DNA of 64,000 nucleotides from Alphaproteobacteria bacterium (GCA_963555825.3 CAUVXB020000002.1:64001-128000); one strand, 5' to 3'. Numbered from the stretch's first letter, positions 31,535 to 41,772 are shown. Numbers and translations are program-made. Notes: generated by a model not told the origin, from the sequence alone.

Positions 31535-32408
31535 CGCCGAGTTCCCGCAGCCAGGCGCCGAGATCGGCGATATCGCCGACGCGGTGCGCGATACCGCCTT
31601 GCATGGCGCGGTATGCGATCAGCGGCACGGAACGCTCGCCCCAGGCATCGAAAAGGGCATTGTTGCCCGCGATACGCTCCCGGGCCTGCACGCCGGATGG
31701 ACCATCTGTCCGTGCGAACCAGGCTTGCGCCGGATTGGAACTTGCGGCGATCCCCGCCGCGCGGTGCGCCGAAGCCGCGCCCAACAGCGCCACCGGCACG
31801 ACATGCAGCCGCAGCTTGCCGGCCATCGCCTCGCGGCCGATCCGCGCCACGGCCGAGCGCGACCACGGGCACAGGGGATCGCCGAACAGGACGACCAACG
31901 GTCCGCGCTCGCCAAGGGTGAAACCGAAAGCGGACGCCGAACGCTCGAACAGAGCCGCCCGTGATACGCCGGTAGCCGTATCGGGCGTTACCGTCTCAGT
32001 GGAGGCGCCGGAATCCCGCACCACGGCACCCTCTACATTCGCCGCGGGATTAGGCGCACCCGATGCCGAGCTCGGCGCGGCGCCTGCCAGACGGTTTTCG
32101 CCACGCACGGCGGCGAGTTGCCCGCCGGTGAGCAGCGCCCCGTCCGGGCCGTAGAGCAGACCGGCGACGCCATGGCCGTCGTTGGTTACATAAAGGCTGT
32201 AACCGGCGCCGCCCACCGGGGTCACGAGATAGCCCGCAAGCCCGCCGCGCGCACCGAGCGGCATGATTTGCGCGCCCTGGTCCCGGAGCGCGCTCACAAG
32301 GTCGGGCTCGGCGGCCCGGGCTGCCGGAATTGCAACCACGGCAACCGATACGGCCGCCATTATCGTCGTAATATTTTGTCGCAATTTGGTGATCGGTCCC
32401 GAGTTCAT
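31527..32408 (-). CDS. DsbG/DsbC-like periplasmic thioredoxin-fold protein with CPWS site
   Basis: Signal peptide, LYVTNDGH..AGLL, FGDPLCPWS, VPVALLG and cis-Pro VP motif. Confidence 0.75.
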   Translation of the reverse strand: MNSGPITKLRQNITTIMAAVSVAVVAIPAARAAEPDLVSALRDQGAQIMPLGARGGLAGYLVTPVGGAGYSLYVTNDGHGVAGLLYGPDGALLTGGQLAAVRGENRLAGAAPSSASGAPNPAANVEGAVVRDSGASTETVTPDTATGVSRAALFERSASAFGFTLGERGPLVVLFGDPLCPWSRSAVARIGREAMAGKLRLHVVPVALLGAASAHRAAGIAASSNPAQAWFARTDGPSGVQARERIAGNNALFDAWGERSVPLIAYRAMQGGIAHRVGDIADLGAWLRELGDE

Positions 32409-33028
32409 GGTTTGCCTCCGTTTGGGGGTATTTGCGGCGCGCGATGGGTCACCGCGAGCGACTTGCCGCCGGCCGTGAATTCCCCGGCGGGCGGGTGCGG
32501 CAGATGAGAAAGCGCGAAGAACAGGGTCCGCACGGCGTCGATGAAGGCGCCTTCGAACGCCTGGCCGCGGTGCAGGCGGTAGCGCCGGTCGGTGAGAAAC
32601 AGCACTTCGACTCCGGCCCGCGTGCCCCAGCGCTCCAGCACGGCCCGCAGGGTGTCGCCGGCTTCGACGCGCCACACGCCATGGCCGCGATCGGCGGCGG
32701 CGAGCTCGACCGCGCCCGGCGGCAAGCCGGCCGGGCGGATATGGAGTTCGCCGCCGCGGCGAACCGCCGCGAGCCCTTCGCCGAACAGCAGGCTCTGCCA
32801 GTCGGGATACGCGTCCACGACCGCCTTGGCGGCATCGACCCGGCGGTCGTAGCGCAGGCGGAGCGAGGGCGGCGCCAGGCGTTTCAGGGTTTGCGCAAGC
32901 GTTGCGCCATTGCGCTCGCCGCGGCCGCCGGCCTCGTCCGGCACGGTGACCCCGGCGCGCGCGGTGGACGGCGCCACATAGCGAAACTCGGCCGAAGCGG
33001 CGGACGGCATGAGGGCCGATCCCGCCAT
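32405..33028 (-). CDS. TcpQ/PilL-like domain protein
   Basis: WRVEAGDTLRAVLERWGTRAG and FEGAFIDAVRTLF; TGATG overlap with icmT. Confidence 0.7.
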   Translation of the reverse strand: MAGSALMPSAASAEFRYVAPSTARAGVTVPDEAGGRGERNGATLAQTLKRLAPPSLRLRYDRRVDAAKAVVDAYPDWQSLLFGEGLAAVRRGGELHIRPAGLPPGAVELAAADRGHGVWRVEAGDTLRAVLERWGTRAGVEVLFLTDRRYRLHRGQAFEGAFIDAVRTLFFALSHLPHPPAGEFTAGGKSLAVTHRAPQIPPNGGKP

Positions 33029-33300
33029 CAGCCAAAATCCACAAAGCGCCGCAACCGCGCCGCGTGAAGGGCGCGGCGGCGGCCAGCGCTTGCGGTGCGG
33101 AGCGCCCGGAGCCCGGCCCGGAAACGGTAGCCGCGCGCCTCGGCGATGCGGAACGCCGCGATCGCCAGCAAGACGGCCGCCGTCGTCCACCAGGCCGGCA
33201 CGAACAGCCACACCGTCAGCAGGACCAGCAGGCGCGCGTCGATCATGTAGAACCGCACCGGACGCATGGTGTCGCGCCAGGGCACTTCGGAAGGGTCCAT
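33028..33300 (-). CDS. icmT: IcmT/TraK
   Basis: WRDTMRPVRFYMIDAR followed by TM helices. Confidence 0.88.
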   Translation of the reverse strand: MDPSEVPWRDTMRPVRFYMIDARLLVLLTVWLFVPAWWTTAAVLLAIAAFRIAEARGYRFRAGLRALRTASAGRRRALHAARLRRFVDFG

Positions 33301-33312
33301 GGAATCGTCTCC

Positions 33313-34536
33313 TCAACATGTGCCGGGATCCCCCGATCGGGGTTCGAACTCGCAACCCCCAGCCCTGTCGGCGTTGCCGCCGTCACCTGCGCCGTCCGCG
33401 GCAGCCGCGCGGTAGCGCCGGTGCACGTCCGGTCCGATCCGGCCCTCGGCGAAGGCGCGCCCGGCCGCGGCGGCAAGATTGTTGCCGGTCGCCGCGAGCG
33501 CGGCCTCGATCCGCGCCGGCCAGCCGGTTTGCGGCAGCTCCAGCAGTTCGGCCTTGAGGCGGTCGTCGAAGACCAGCCATTCGCGCAGCGCCGTGCGCCC
33601 GCCCCGTTCCGAGGTGCTTCGGTCCGATCCGGCTGGGTTCGGCGCCAGCACCTGGGTGACCGCGAGGTTCATGGCGTCGATCAGCGCGGCGCCGCGCTCG
33701 GCGCGCTCGCCGGCCGGGAACTCCGCCAGCAGGCGGCGGATGGTGGCTGCAACGCCGATGGTGTGAGCGGTTGAATAGACCGCGATGCCATAATCGGCGG
33801 CGCGGACCACGGCCTCGACGGTCTCGCGGTCGCGCGCCTCGCCGACGATCACCGCGGCGGGGCGGCGGCGCAGGGAAGAACGCAGGCCGTCGGCAAAACT
33901 TTGGAAGTGACGGGGGATCTCGGAAGACGACATCAGCGCGCCGTCCCCTTCGATATGATCGAACACGAACTCGATGGGCGCCTCGTAGGACTGGATGCGC
34001 CCGGCGCCGTGCTCCAGCAGCCGCCGCGTGCCGGCGGCGAGCAAGGTGGACTTGCCCGAGCCCGGCACGCCGGTCACCAGGGTCAGGCCGCGCCGCAGGT
34101 CCCAGGCCTCGACGATCTCGTCCTCGATGCCGAGTTCCTCGAAGCTCGGCGGCGCGCCGGGTAGAACCCGGAGCGTGATGTTGACCGCGAAACCGCCCGC
34201 GGCCTGCACCGGAGCGAGATTGCAACGGAAGCGGCGGAAGACGCCGCGCGCCTCGGCGACGGCGTGGGAACAATCGATGGCCCGGCCGCCGCGCAGGATG
34301 CCTTCGCCGGTGGCGTCGAAAATGCGTGCGCACAAGGTGCCGAGCGCGACCCCGTCGAGCGCCGCGCCGGTCGCCCGCGCCAGCCTGCCGTCGACCTCGA
34401 TGAAGGCGGGCGCGCCGGTCTGGAAGGAGATGTCGGAGGCGCCGAGCTTCGCGGCCCATAGCAGGAAGGCGTCGAACCGTTCGACCGGAAACACATGCCT
34501 CGCCTCGGGCCAATATGCGTTGGTGGACACGGTCAT
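33313..34536 (-). CDS. dotB: DotB/TraJ PilT-like ATPase
   Basis: GASDISFQ, TGVPGSGKSTL, YEAPIEF, GEARDRET, YSTAH and RTALREWL motifs. Confidence 0.9.
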   Translation of the reverse strand: MTVSTNAYWPEARHVFPVERFDAFLLWAAKLGASDISFQTGAPAFIEVDGRLARATGAALDGVALGTLCARIFDATGEGILRGGRAIDCSHAVAEARGVFRRFRCNLAPVQAAGGFAVNITLRVLPGAPPSFEELGIEDEIVEAWDLRRGLTLVTGVPGSGKSTLLAAGTRRLLEHGAGRIQSYEAPIEFVFDHIEGDGALMSSSEIPRHFQSFADGLRSSLRRRPAAVIVGEARDRETVEAVVRAADYGIAVYSTAHTIGVAATIRRLLAEFPAGERAERGAALIDAMNLAVTQVLAPNPAGSDRSTSERGGRTALREWLVFDDRLKAELLELPQTGWPARIEAALAATGNNLAAAAGRAFAEGRIGPDVHRRYRAAAADGAGDGGNADRAGGCEFEPRSGDPGTC

Positions 34537-35339
34537 CGGAAGTCCCCGCCATCGGTGACACGCCATGCCCTTGTGTCGAGATTGAAGGCCGCCCGCCTGT
34601 CGAGCCGCACGCTTGTCTCGCCGATCCGCAGCAGGCGCTCGTGGCCGGCGGCGGCGGTGTAGATGGTGCTCAGTCCGGGGGCCGAGACCATCTCGACGAG
34701 ATGCAGGCGGTGCCAGAGGACGACGCCCTCGAAAGTCCGGTTCAGCCGGTCCAGATCGGCGGCGAAGATATCGTCGCCGAGCGCCGTACCGTGCGCCCAG
34801 CCCTCGGCCAGCCATTGCCGCCACAGCGTGGTCTCGGGACCAGTTCGGGGAAACAGCACCGCGGCCGGCGGGGCGGGCGTCCGCCACGAGCGGACCAGGT
34901 AGTCGCGCCAGTGCGGCGGGGCGCTCACGATCCGCTCGGGCTCGACGATGCGGAGCACACGCCGCGCGCTCGCGGCGCGATCCTGTCCCAGTCCCAGCCG
35001 GAAGGCCTGGCGGGTCTCGGCCAGCACCGGCGGCAACACCGTGAAGCCCTGCTCGGTCAGCATCAGATCGCCGAACCGGTAGATCGCGGAAAGCGGCGCC
35101 GACAACCGCTCCAGCATGACGCCGATCTCCCAGCTCCGGCGCGCGAGACCGGCCCGCGCACCGAACCCGAGTGCCGTCAGGCGCATCGCCGAATGGCGTT
35201 TTTCCTCGGCGAACGGGATCGCCGCACCTGGTGCCGGCCCGAACTCGTAAAGCGCCTTCAGATCGGGCGGGGGATCGGCGGCCCGGACGGGCACAGCCAT
35301 AAGAAGGAGGAGAACAACAACGGCGCCCGTTCGCATCAC
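34533..35339 (-). CDS. dotC: DotC/TraI
   Basis: GFGARAGL, VLPPVL, PPHWRDYL and RLNRTFEG motifs. Confidence 0.88.
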   Translation of the reverse strand: MMRTGAVVVLLLLMAVPVRAADPPPDLKALYEFGPAPGAAIPFAEEKRHSAMRLTALGFGARAGLARRSWEIGVMLERLSAPLSAIYRFGDLMLTEQGFTVLPPVLAETRQAFRLGLGQDRAASARRVLRIVEPERIVSAPPHWRDYLVRSWRTPAPPAAVLFPRTGPETTLWRQWLAEGWAHGTALGDDIFAADLDRLNRTFEGVVLWHRLHLVEMVSAPGLSTIYTAAAGHERLLRIGETSVRLDRRAAFNLDTRAWRVTDGGDFR

Positions 35340-35861
35340 GAGCCCTCCTTGCCTGTCTTCCCGATCCGGATTTCATCCGGCGCGGCCCAGTCGAGGCGCA
35401 CGATCCGCCGGTCCGCGTCCACCGTCAGCACGGCGGCCTGTCCGGCCTGGATACCGGCATCGCGCAGGACGGCGATCAGCGGCGCATCCCTGGTCTTGAC
35501 GGCGACGATCGCCGGGCGGGCCGGGACAGGTCCGGCGGCGAAAAAGCGATACCCGGCGCGCCGGGCGAGCTCCTCGGCGAGGGTCTCGACCGGGCCGGTC
35601 CAGTCCAGCGTCACCGTGGTCAGAAGTGCCGCCGGGACGATGCGTGGCAGCGGCGTATCGGCGAGCGGGTTCTCCGCCGAGCGCGCTCGGGCCAGCGCCA
35701 CGAACGCCCGCTCGGCGCGCAGGGCGGCCTCGGTCAGAAGCGTCTCCGCCCGGTCCGGCCCGATCTGCTTGACGGCGACCGCCGCATCCGGGGCGAACGA
35801 GGCGCAAGCCGAGAGCGCTGCCAGTCAACGGGATAACGGTGAGGGCCATGACGCTTCTCAT
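35336..35861 (-). CDS. dotD: DotD/TraH lipoprotein (apparent frameshift in signal region near 35825)
   Basis: Lipobox LSAC in the main frame; VTLDWTGPVE, AGYRF and LRDAGIQAG motifs. Confidence 0.82.
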
Positions 35862-37128
35862 CGTCCGGCGGCTCCGGCGTCCTCGATCACCAGATGGCGG
35901 TTCGCCTTGTAGGCGAGCGCCGACAAAGTGCGGCGGGTCGTATCCCCGGCCAGCAACTGATCGACCGCCTCCAGAAACCCACCGCGAAATACAGCGACTT
36001 GATCCGGCCTGCTCCGGACTCGATCCCACGGCGTAATCGCGACCGGCGTTCCAGACCAGCGTCCAACCCGCCTGGCGCGCCCAGTTCTCGAGCACGCCGC
36101 GCAAGGTTTTGTGCGCCCCCGCCTCGACCATCCATTCAGTGCCGGCCGCCGCTTCATCGGACTGGCCGTCCCGGCCGGCCGGGCCGGAAGTGGGCGGAAA
36201 ACCAGCGGCCGCGGCGCGTTGTTCGATATCCCAATAGCGGTAGAAAACGACCGTTCCTTCACGCCAGCTCCAGTCGTAGCCGCTCAGCGCGGCGAGGCGG
36301 TCGAGCAGGCCGGAAAGAGCGCCCCGCCAGGCGAGGCGGATCGGCGGCGCATCGGGCAGGATCGCAGTCCCGCCGGCGATCCGCGCCGGGCGCTCCTCGA
36401 TCGCCGTCGCGATCCCCGACAGGGAGGACAGGCGACGGAGCGCCGCCGGGAAGGAAACGGCTTCGTGTTGCCCGAACACCAGTTCCCGTGTGGCGATTGA
36501 TTCGGGCAGTCCGGTGCTGACCGGGGCCAGTTCCGTCGCCGGGAGCGGCGCCCCTCCGGGCGCGATATCCGGCAAGGGGGAAACCGTTACCGCGGCCGCC
36601 GTTCCCGTGCCGGCCGGCACGCGATGCGGCGGCGGTTCGCCGGCAGCGAAGGCAACGCCGAAATTGACGCACAGGAACACCACGGCCGCACCGGCGGTCA
36701 TGCCCGGGCCGAGCGGCACGAGGCCTTTTCGGATATGGCCGGCCGCGCTGTCGCTGAACCCAAACCCGATAGGCGAGCGAGAACGCCGATCCGAGCAGCA
36801 TCGTCCAGGCGAGACCGATCGGACCGAGCAGGAAACCGAAAGCCCCCAGCATCATTGCGTCGCCCGGATAGAGCGGCCAGCGCCGGCCACGCAACTGGGC
36901 GACGATGATCGGCAGCGCGACGGCGGCGATACCGAGCGCCATCCCCGTCCAGGGCGTCCACGGGCTATCGCCGTCCGGGCTCAGATAACGCCATACGGCC
37001 GCGGCGGCGAGCAAGGCCAGCACCAGGCGCGGATCGACGACCGCCCGGCGCGCGTCCAGGACGGCCATAGCCGCCATCGCGGCCAGCACCAGGCCCGAGC
37101 TAAGGCCGGCAATCATCAAATCGGTCAT
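35858..37128 (-). CDS. A24 prepilin peptidase (PilU-like), apparently fused to a periplasmic TcpQ/PilL-like region (frameshifts near 36735 and 36010)
   Basis: Two catalytic Asp motifs (AVLDARR, YPGDAMM). The last peptidase helix VPLGPGMTAGAAVV continues in frame into LSGYDWSW and TLRGVLENWARQAGWTLVW. Confidence 0.65.
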
Positions 37129-37663
37129 TGCAATTCATCCTTCGTTGGTTTCCGGGTTTCGGCGGGGTGTTTTCAGCCGCGGGAGCCGGGTGGCGGTCGT
37201 TCTGGCGGTGGACATGGCGGTCGACCGGCGGCGGCCCGGCGAGCACACCGAAAGTCGCCGGCAGCAACGGGCACCAGGCGGCGAGCGCCACCTCACGGCA
37301 GAGGCGCGCCGGCAGGAGGGCAGGCGCCCTTCCGGTCTTGATCCGTTCGCGGTTCCACTGAAGCAGTTCCCGTTGCGCGTCGCGCAGGCCGCCCAGCACC
37401 ACGATCCCGGCGCGCAGCCGTTCCATCCCGGCGAAGGCGCGTTCCCTGTCCCAGGCCATGCCAGGGTCGCGATGGGCGGCTTCGCCGGCCCCCGCTATTT
37501 GCCGTGCCGCGTCTTCGCTTGCGCGGATTTCCAGCGCCTCGAACAGGGCACTGCGGGGTTGGCCTTCCTTTCCGGCCGCCAGTTCCTGGGCGGCAGCCGG
37601 CCGCAATCCGGCCAACAGGAGAGACGTCCCTATAAGAAGAGTGAGCGCGAATAAGGGTTTCAT
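37100..37663 (-). CDS. Exported hypothetical protein in the pilus cluster
   Basis: Signal peptide MKPLFALTLL..AAA, a Cys pair, and ATGA coupling with the upstream gene. Confidence 0.6.
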   Translation of the reverse strand: MKPLFALTLLIGTSLLLAGLRPAAAQELAAGKEGQPRSALFEALEIRASEDAARQIAGAGEAAHRDPGMAWDRERAFAGMERLRAGIVVLGGLRDAQRELLQWNRERIKTGRAPALLPARLCREVALAAWCPLLPATFGVLAGPPPVDRHVHRQNDRHPAPAAENTPPKPGNQRRMNCNDRFDDCRP

Positions 37664-38801
37664 GGGCCGCACCCCGTGCATCGGCCAACGATGAGGGTGC
37701 TGAACCCGGCCGTGGATGCGTCGAGTCGTCCGTTCACGCGGATGCCCGCGGCCCTGACCGAAGCGGCGGAGAGCGTGCCGGCGGCCACCGTGCGGGCCGA
37801 CACCGTGTTGGCGGTAAGACGCTCGAGATTGGCGCTACCGGCGGTGACCGTCCCTGTCGCCGCGACCGAACCTGCCGTGACGGCGCCGGCCGACGAGATA
37901 TTTGCGGCCCGGAGCGTGCCGTTAACCCTCAGCGACCCGCTCGACACCACCCCCGCGAAGGAAGCCGTATCGCCACTGATTGCGCCCGCGGCCTCCACCG
38001 TCCCGGCGACCCGCACGGCCTGTCCGACCGTCAGATCGCCGCTAACGCAATATCGCCGCCCGCTTGCAGGTCGCCGACCAGCGCGAGGCTTGCAGCGGAG
38101 AGCCGGCCGGCGCCGGTAATGGCGTTGCCGCCCATGTCGAGATCGGTCTCCATCCGGTTGGCTTCCGGGAAGCCCGGCACAGCGAGCCGCTGGAGCCTGC
38201 CGCCGTAGACGGCCTGGTGATCGAAGCGGCGCAGCGCCGCCAGCGCACCCACGGCCGGGGCGCCGCCAAAGGCCGCCTGGAAGGCACTCACGTCATAATC
38301 GAGGGTGGGTCCGGCCAGCCGGGACGGGGCATCGGGCGCGACCAGGCCGACGCGCGCCTCGCCGGCCGCCTCCAACAACGCGGCCGATGGCGGGACCGTA
38401 TCGCCCGCCCCGACCGCCTCGGCCGCCAGGACGTCGATGGCGTCCGCACCGGCGGCGAGGATCAGCACCCGGTAGCCGCGCCCGAGCGCGTCCACCGCTG
38501 AAAAATCCGCCGGCAGCGATCCGGCGCCCTTGAGTTGCGCGAGGGTGATCTCCACGGGGCCGCCCCGTGCGGCCGCCAGGAGTTCCGGAAACCGGCCGTG
38601 CACATGGCTTGCACTTGCATCGGCCAGCACGGTCAATTGCTGCACGGCGATGCGGGCGCGGCGTTCGGCCGCCAGGGTCTCGAAGAAGGTGGAAGCGGCA
38701 AGGACGATCATGCCCAGCAGCGCGAGTGCCAGAAGCGCGCCGAACAGGCTCAACCCGCGGCAGAACACGGTTCGCCGTTGTCCCGGCATCTGCAGCAACA
38801 T
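37660..38801 (-). CDS. pilV: PilV-like minor pilin/adhesin 2 (apparent frameshift near 38045)
   Basis: RG|LSLFGALL pilin N-terminus, ITLAQLK..GSLP and NRMETDLDMGGNAI (PilV constant region); repetitive tail ending CTGCGP. Confidence 0.75.
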
Positions 38802-39940
38802 CAACATCCGCCGCAACTCCCGACAGTCATCAGGCCGTCGATGCGGGCTTGGGGACCGTGCGCGGCCCGGGCGGCGATACCCCCCGCCTGGAGAGCACCG
38901 CTCACACGCGTTTCCTCGCCATCGAACGTCCCCGTGACCGCCGCTTCTCCGGCGACCGCCACCGCGGTAGCCGCGGAGAGTGTCCGCGCACTCAGTGTGC
39001 CCGCCGTGCTCAAGCCTCCCGCGTCGAGCCTCCCGGCGACTTTCACGGAGGCGGCGGACACCACGCCTGTCACGGCATGGCCGACAACCAGATCGGCGGA
39101 GACGGTCAGCGCCGCGCCGCCGAGCTCCCGCGCGGAGAGGTCCGCCGTGGCGAGCCGCCCAGCCATGACGGAATCATCCACCACGGCATTGCCGCCGATT
39201 TCGGCAGCGCCGCTCAAATCTGCCGCGCGCGCCGTCACCGCGCCGGCCGCAACGATATTCCGGCCCGCCGGATTGGCCGGGTCGGCGGAACTCATGTCGA
39301 GGCCGGTTTCCAGCCGGTTCAGATACGCCCGGCCGGGCTGCGCGCGGCGGTAGAGCGCCTGCTCCAGATATCGAAGGCCGTGATCTCCCGTGACAAAGAG
39401 CGCGCCGGGTCCGAGCGAACGGCCGAGCGCCGCCTCGATCGCCGGCAGATGCGGCGCCATCAGAGCGCCACTGCCAACTGAATCCAGGCCGGCGAGGCCG
39501 GAGCCAAGCGCACCCTCACGAATCGCTACCCCGTGCGCGGCTCCCCCGTCCAGGGAAGGTTCGAGGACGCCGAAAGCCATGGGAATGCCGCGCCTCGTGC
39601 CGTCGGCGATGACGCCGAACGCGAACGTGGCGTTCCGGCCCGGCGCATCGGGCAGTCCCGGCGGCGCCGTGCCGAGCGCGCGCAATCGCGCCGGCGTCAG
39701 GACAATAGTGTGCCCGCCCGCGAGGGTTGTTTCGAAAGCCGCCGCGTGCTCCTGGCTTGCCCGGTGGGCGGCCTGGAACCAGGCCGCGAAGATACGCCCG
39801 GCGGCGCGGTCGAGCGCCTCGCCGCGGGCCAGTCCGCGCGCCTCGTAATGCAGCGTCAGCGCGGTTCCCGCGAATGCCGCCAGCAGCAGCACGCCAAGCA
39901 GCGCGCCCGCGCCGCATGTATATCTGTGCCCGCGCGTCAT
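38801..39940 (-). CDS. PilV-like minor pilin/adhesin 1
   Basis: Hydrophobic pilin-like N-terminus, LYRRAQPG..LNRLETGLDM, and repetitive tail ending CGGC. Confidence 0.7.
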   Translation of the reverse strand: MTRGHRYTCGAGALLGVLLLAAFAGTALTLHYEARGLARGEALDRAAGRIFAAWFQAAHRASQEHAAAFETTLAGGHTIVLTPARLRALGTAPPGLPDAPGRNATFAFGVIADGTRRGIPMAFGVLEPSLDGGAAHGVAIREGALGSGLAGLDSVGSGALMAPHLPAIEAALGRSLGPGALFVTGDHGLRYLEQALYRRAQPGRAYLNRLETGLDMSSADPANPAGRNIVAAGAVTARAADLSGAAEIGGNAVVDDSVMAGRLATADLSARELGGAALTVSADLVVGHAVTGVVSAASVKVAGRLDAGGLSTAGTLSARTLSAATAVAVAGEAAVTGTFDGEETRVSGALQAGGIAARAAHGPQARIDGLMTVGSCGGC

Positions 39941-40560
39941 CCGAAGATGAACCCGATATCGTTCGCGCCGTCGCCGTCGTCGCAAGCGGCGGTGATCTGG
40001 GCTGCCGTGACGGGCGAGGTGAGAGCGGCGGCGTTGATCGTGATCGAGATCACCCCGGCCCGGGCCCGGCTGCGCCCGGCATAGGCATCGCCCAGCGCCG
40101 CGCAGATCTCGTTATCGACATCGGCGAACTGGATGCTGAAGCGGTTGCTAATGCCGCCCGGCCCGCCGATAACGGTCACCAGCCCGCCGAAGGGATGGCG
40201 AATCTCGACCTTCTTGCCCTTGCCGATCGTCCGGGCGCTGTCGGGAATGCCGCCCCGGCGATCGAGTGCGGCAACCAGATCGGCCTTGTTCCCGTAGCTC
40301 GGCGCACCGGCGAAGGCGGCCTCGATATTGGCGCGGATCCGGTTCAGCAGCACCAGGGCCTCGGACCGGTTGGCCACCTCACGGGCAGCGTTGTAGGTGC
40401 CGACGGCGCCGACGATGACCACCGCCGCGAGGCCGAGACCGAGCAGAACCCCGAACAGGCTGAAACCACGCCGGTACCTGCGCGCCCGGTAGCGTTTGAT
40501 GAGCGCCGCTATACCCGTCTTCGCAGAAATCCGGGTTGCCGCTATTTTCATTGCCGTCAT
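39937..40560 (-). CDS. pilS: Type IVb major prepilin (PilS-like)
   Basis: Long basic leader, RRG|FSLFGVLLGLG, HPFGGLV and a C-terminal Cys pair; AAGGA RBS. Confidence 0.82.
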   Translation of the reverse strand: MTAMKIAATRISAKTGIAALIKRYRARRYRRGFSLFGVLLGLGLAAVVIVGAVGTYNAAREVANRSEALVLLNRIRANIEAAFAGAPSYGNKADLVAALDRRGGIPDSARTIGKGKKVEIRHPFGGLVTVIGGPGGISNRFSIQFADVDNEICAALGDAYAGRSRARAGVISITINAAALTSPVTAAQITAACDDGDGANDIGFIFG

Positions 40561-40704
40561 CTTTTTTCCTTTCATCGATGCTTCATTCATCCACTTGCAG
40601 TTCCGATGGCCGTTCCCGTGGCTGTCCCTGTAGCCGCCGGGTCCGCCGTGCATGCGGGGAGCGCCATGCTTTCCCGCCCTGGTTCGTTTTCCCCTGGTCA
40701 TCGC

Positions 40705-41772
40705 TCATGACCGCCCGGCCTGTTGCAGCACCGAAAACATCGCGTCGATGCCGGCCGCCATGGCCAGCGTCACGACGATCAGGAGGGCGCCGTTCAGCGC
40801 CGCGGCACGGGACTTGAGCAGGTCTTCGGAGCGGCCCACCCAGCGCTCGACGAAGCGGGCGAGCTTGTCCTCCCAGCCGGGCGCGCCATCGAGCGCGACG
40901 GCAACGGGAACCAAGGCCGGATCGGGAAACCCGTGCCCGGCCAGCGCCATGGCGCGGCCCAAACCGGCGCCCCGGGCCATGCCGCGCTGGATCGCGCCGA
41001 TGCGATGGCGCGCATAGGGCGAGGCATGCCGCTTCAGATCCTCGAAAGCGCGGTCGTTGAGATCGAGACCGGCGGCGAGGAACTCGAGCGCCACGAACAG
41101 GAAGGCCGAGCCGGTGATCGTGCGGTAGAGCGAGAACGGGGCGATCCGGTCGAGCACGGTCCGGCCGGGACCGGTCCAATGGACCATCGCCGTGCCTATT
41201 GCGGCCACGATGGAGGCGCAGATGGCGCAAAATACAAGCGGTTCGGCATGGAGCCAGACCGAGGCGGCGCGGAACAAACCGGCGGCCGGTCCCCAGCGTT
41301 CGGGCGGCACGACGCTTTCCAGTACCGGCACGAAATACCCCCCCGCCGCCCACAGCATGACGGCGAGACCGGCGGCCAACGTCAGCGGCATGGCCAGCGC
41401 CTTGCGGACCGCCGAGATCTGCCGGTCGCGCAAATCCGCGACCCGCGCCGCGGCGGCGAACAGGAGGGCGGCCTCGATACGCCCGTAGGCCTGGAAGATC
41501 ATCGCCTCGGCCGGCGGCGCGGAGGCCGCCATCGCCTCGGCGAAACGGTTCTCGATCAGCGCCCGGCGCCAGCCTTCCAGCAGGCCGGCGCGCAAGGACG
41601 GACCCTGGCCGCGTTGCGCCCGCACCGTGACGTCGAGCGCGCGTTCGAGCTCGAAGCCCGATTCCAGCAGGTCGGCGACGGTGCGGAAGCAATCCACCCG
41701 CGCCTTGCGCCCGAGCACCAACGCGGCGAATGCCCGCCTCCAGAAGACGCCCATGCGGAACGGGCCCATCAT
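40705..41772 (-). CDS. pilR: PilR/GspF-like platform protein
   Basis: LLESG, PFSLYRTITGSAFL, LGRAM..GHGFPD and three TM helices. Confidence 0.85.
   Translation of the reverse strand: MMGPFRMGVFWRRAFAALVLGRKARVDCFRTVADLLESGFELERALDVTVRAQRGQGPSLRAGLLEGWRRALIENRFAEAMAASAPPAEAMIFQAYGRIEAALLFAAAARVADLRDRQISAVRKALAMPLTLAAGLAVMLWAAGGYFVPVLESVVPPERWGPAAGLFRAASVWLHAEPLVFCAICASIVAAIGTAMVHWTGPGRTVLDRIAPFSLYRTITGSAFLFVALEFLAAGLDLNDRAFEDLKRHASPYARHRIGAIQRGMARGAGLGRAMALAGHGFPDPALVPVAVALDGAPGWEDKLARFVERWVGRSEDLLKSRAAALNGALLIVVTLAMAAGIDAMFSVLQQAGRS

Noticed and set aside
17465-36000. Legionella-type effector-secreting Dot/Icm system
   Set aside because: No DotL/DotM/IcmSW or evident effectors. The relaxase, VirD4, Ssb and thin-pilus genes point to conjugation.
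35995-36030. Short ggatc(g/a)agtc repeat within the TcpQ-like region as a REP/MITE insertion
   Set aside because: Only two short copies and no clear family elsewhere in the window, although it coincides with a frameshift.
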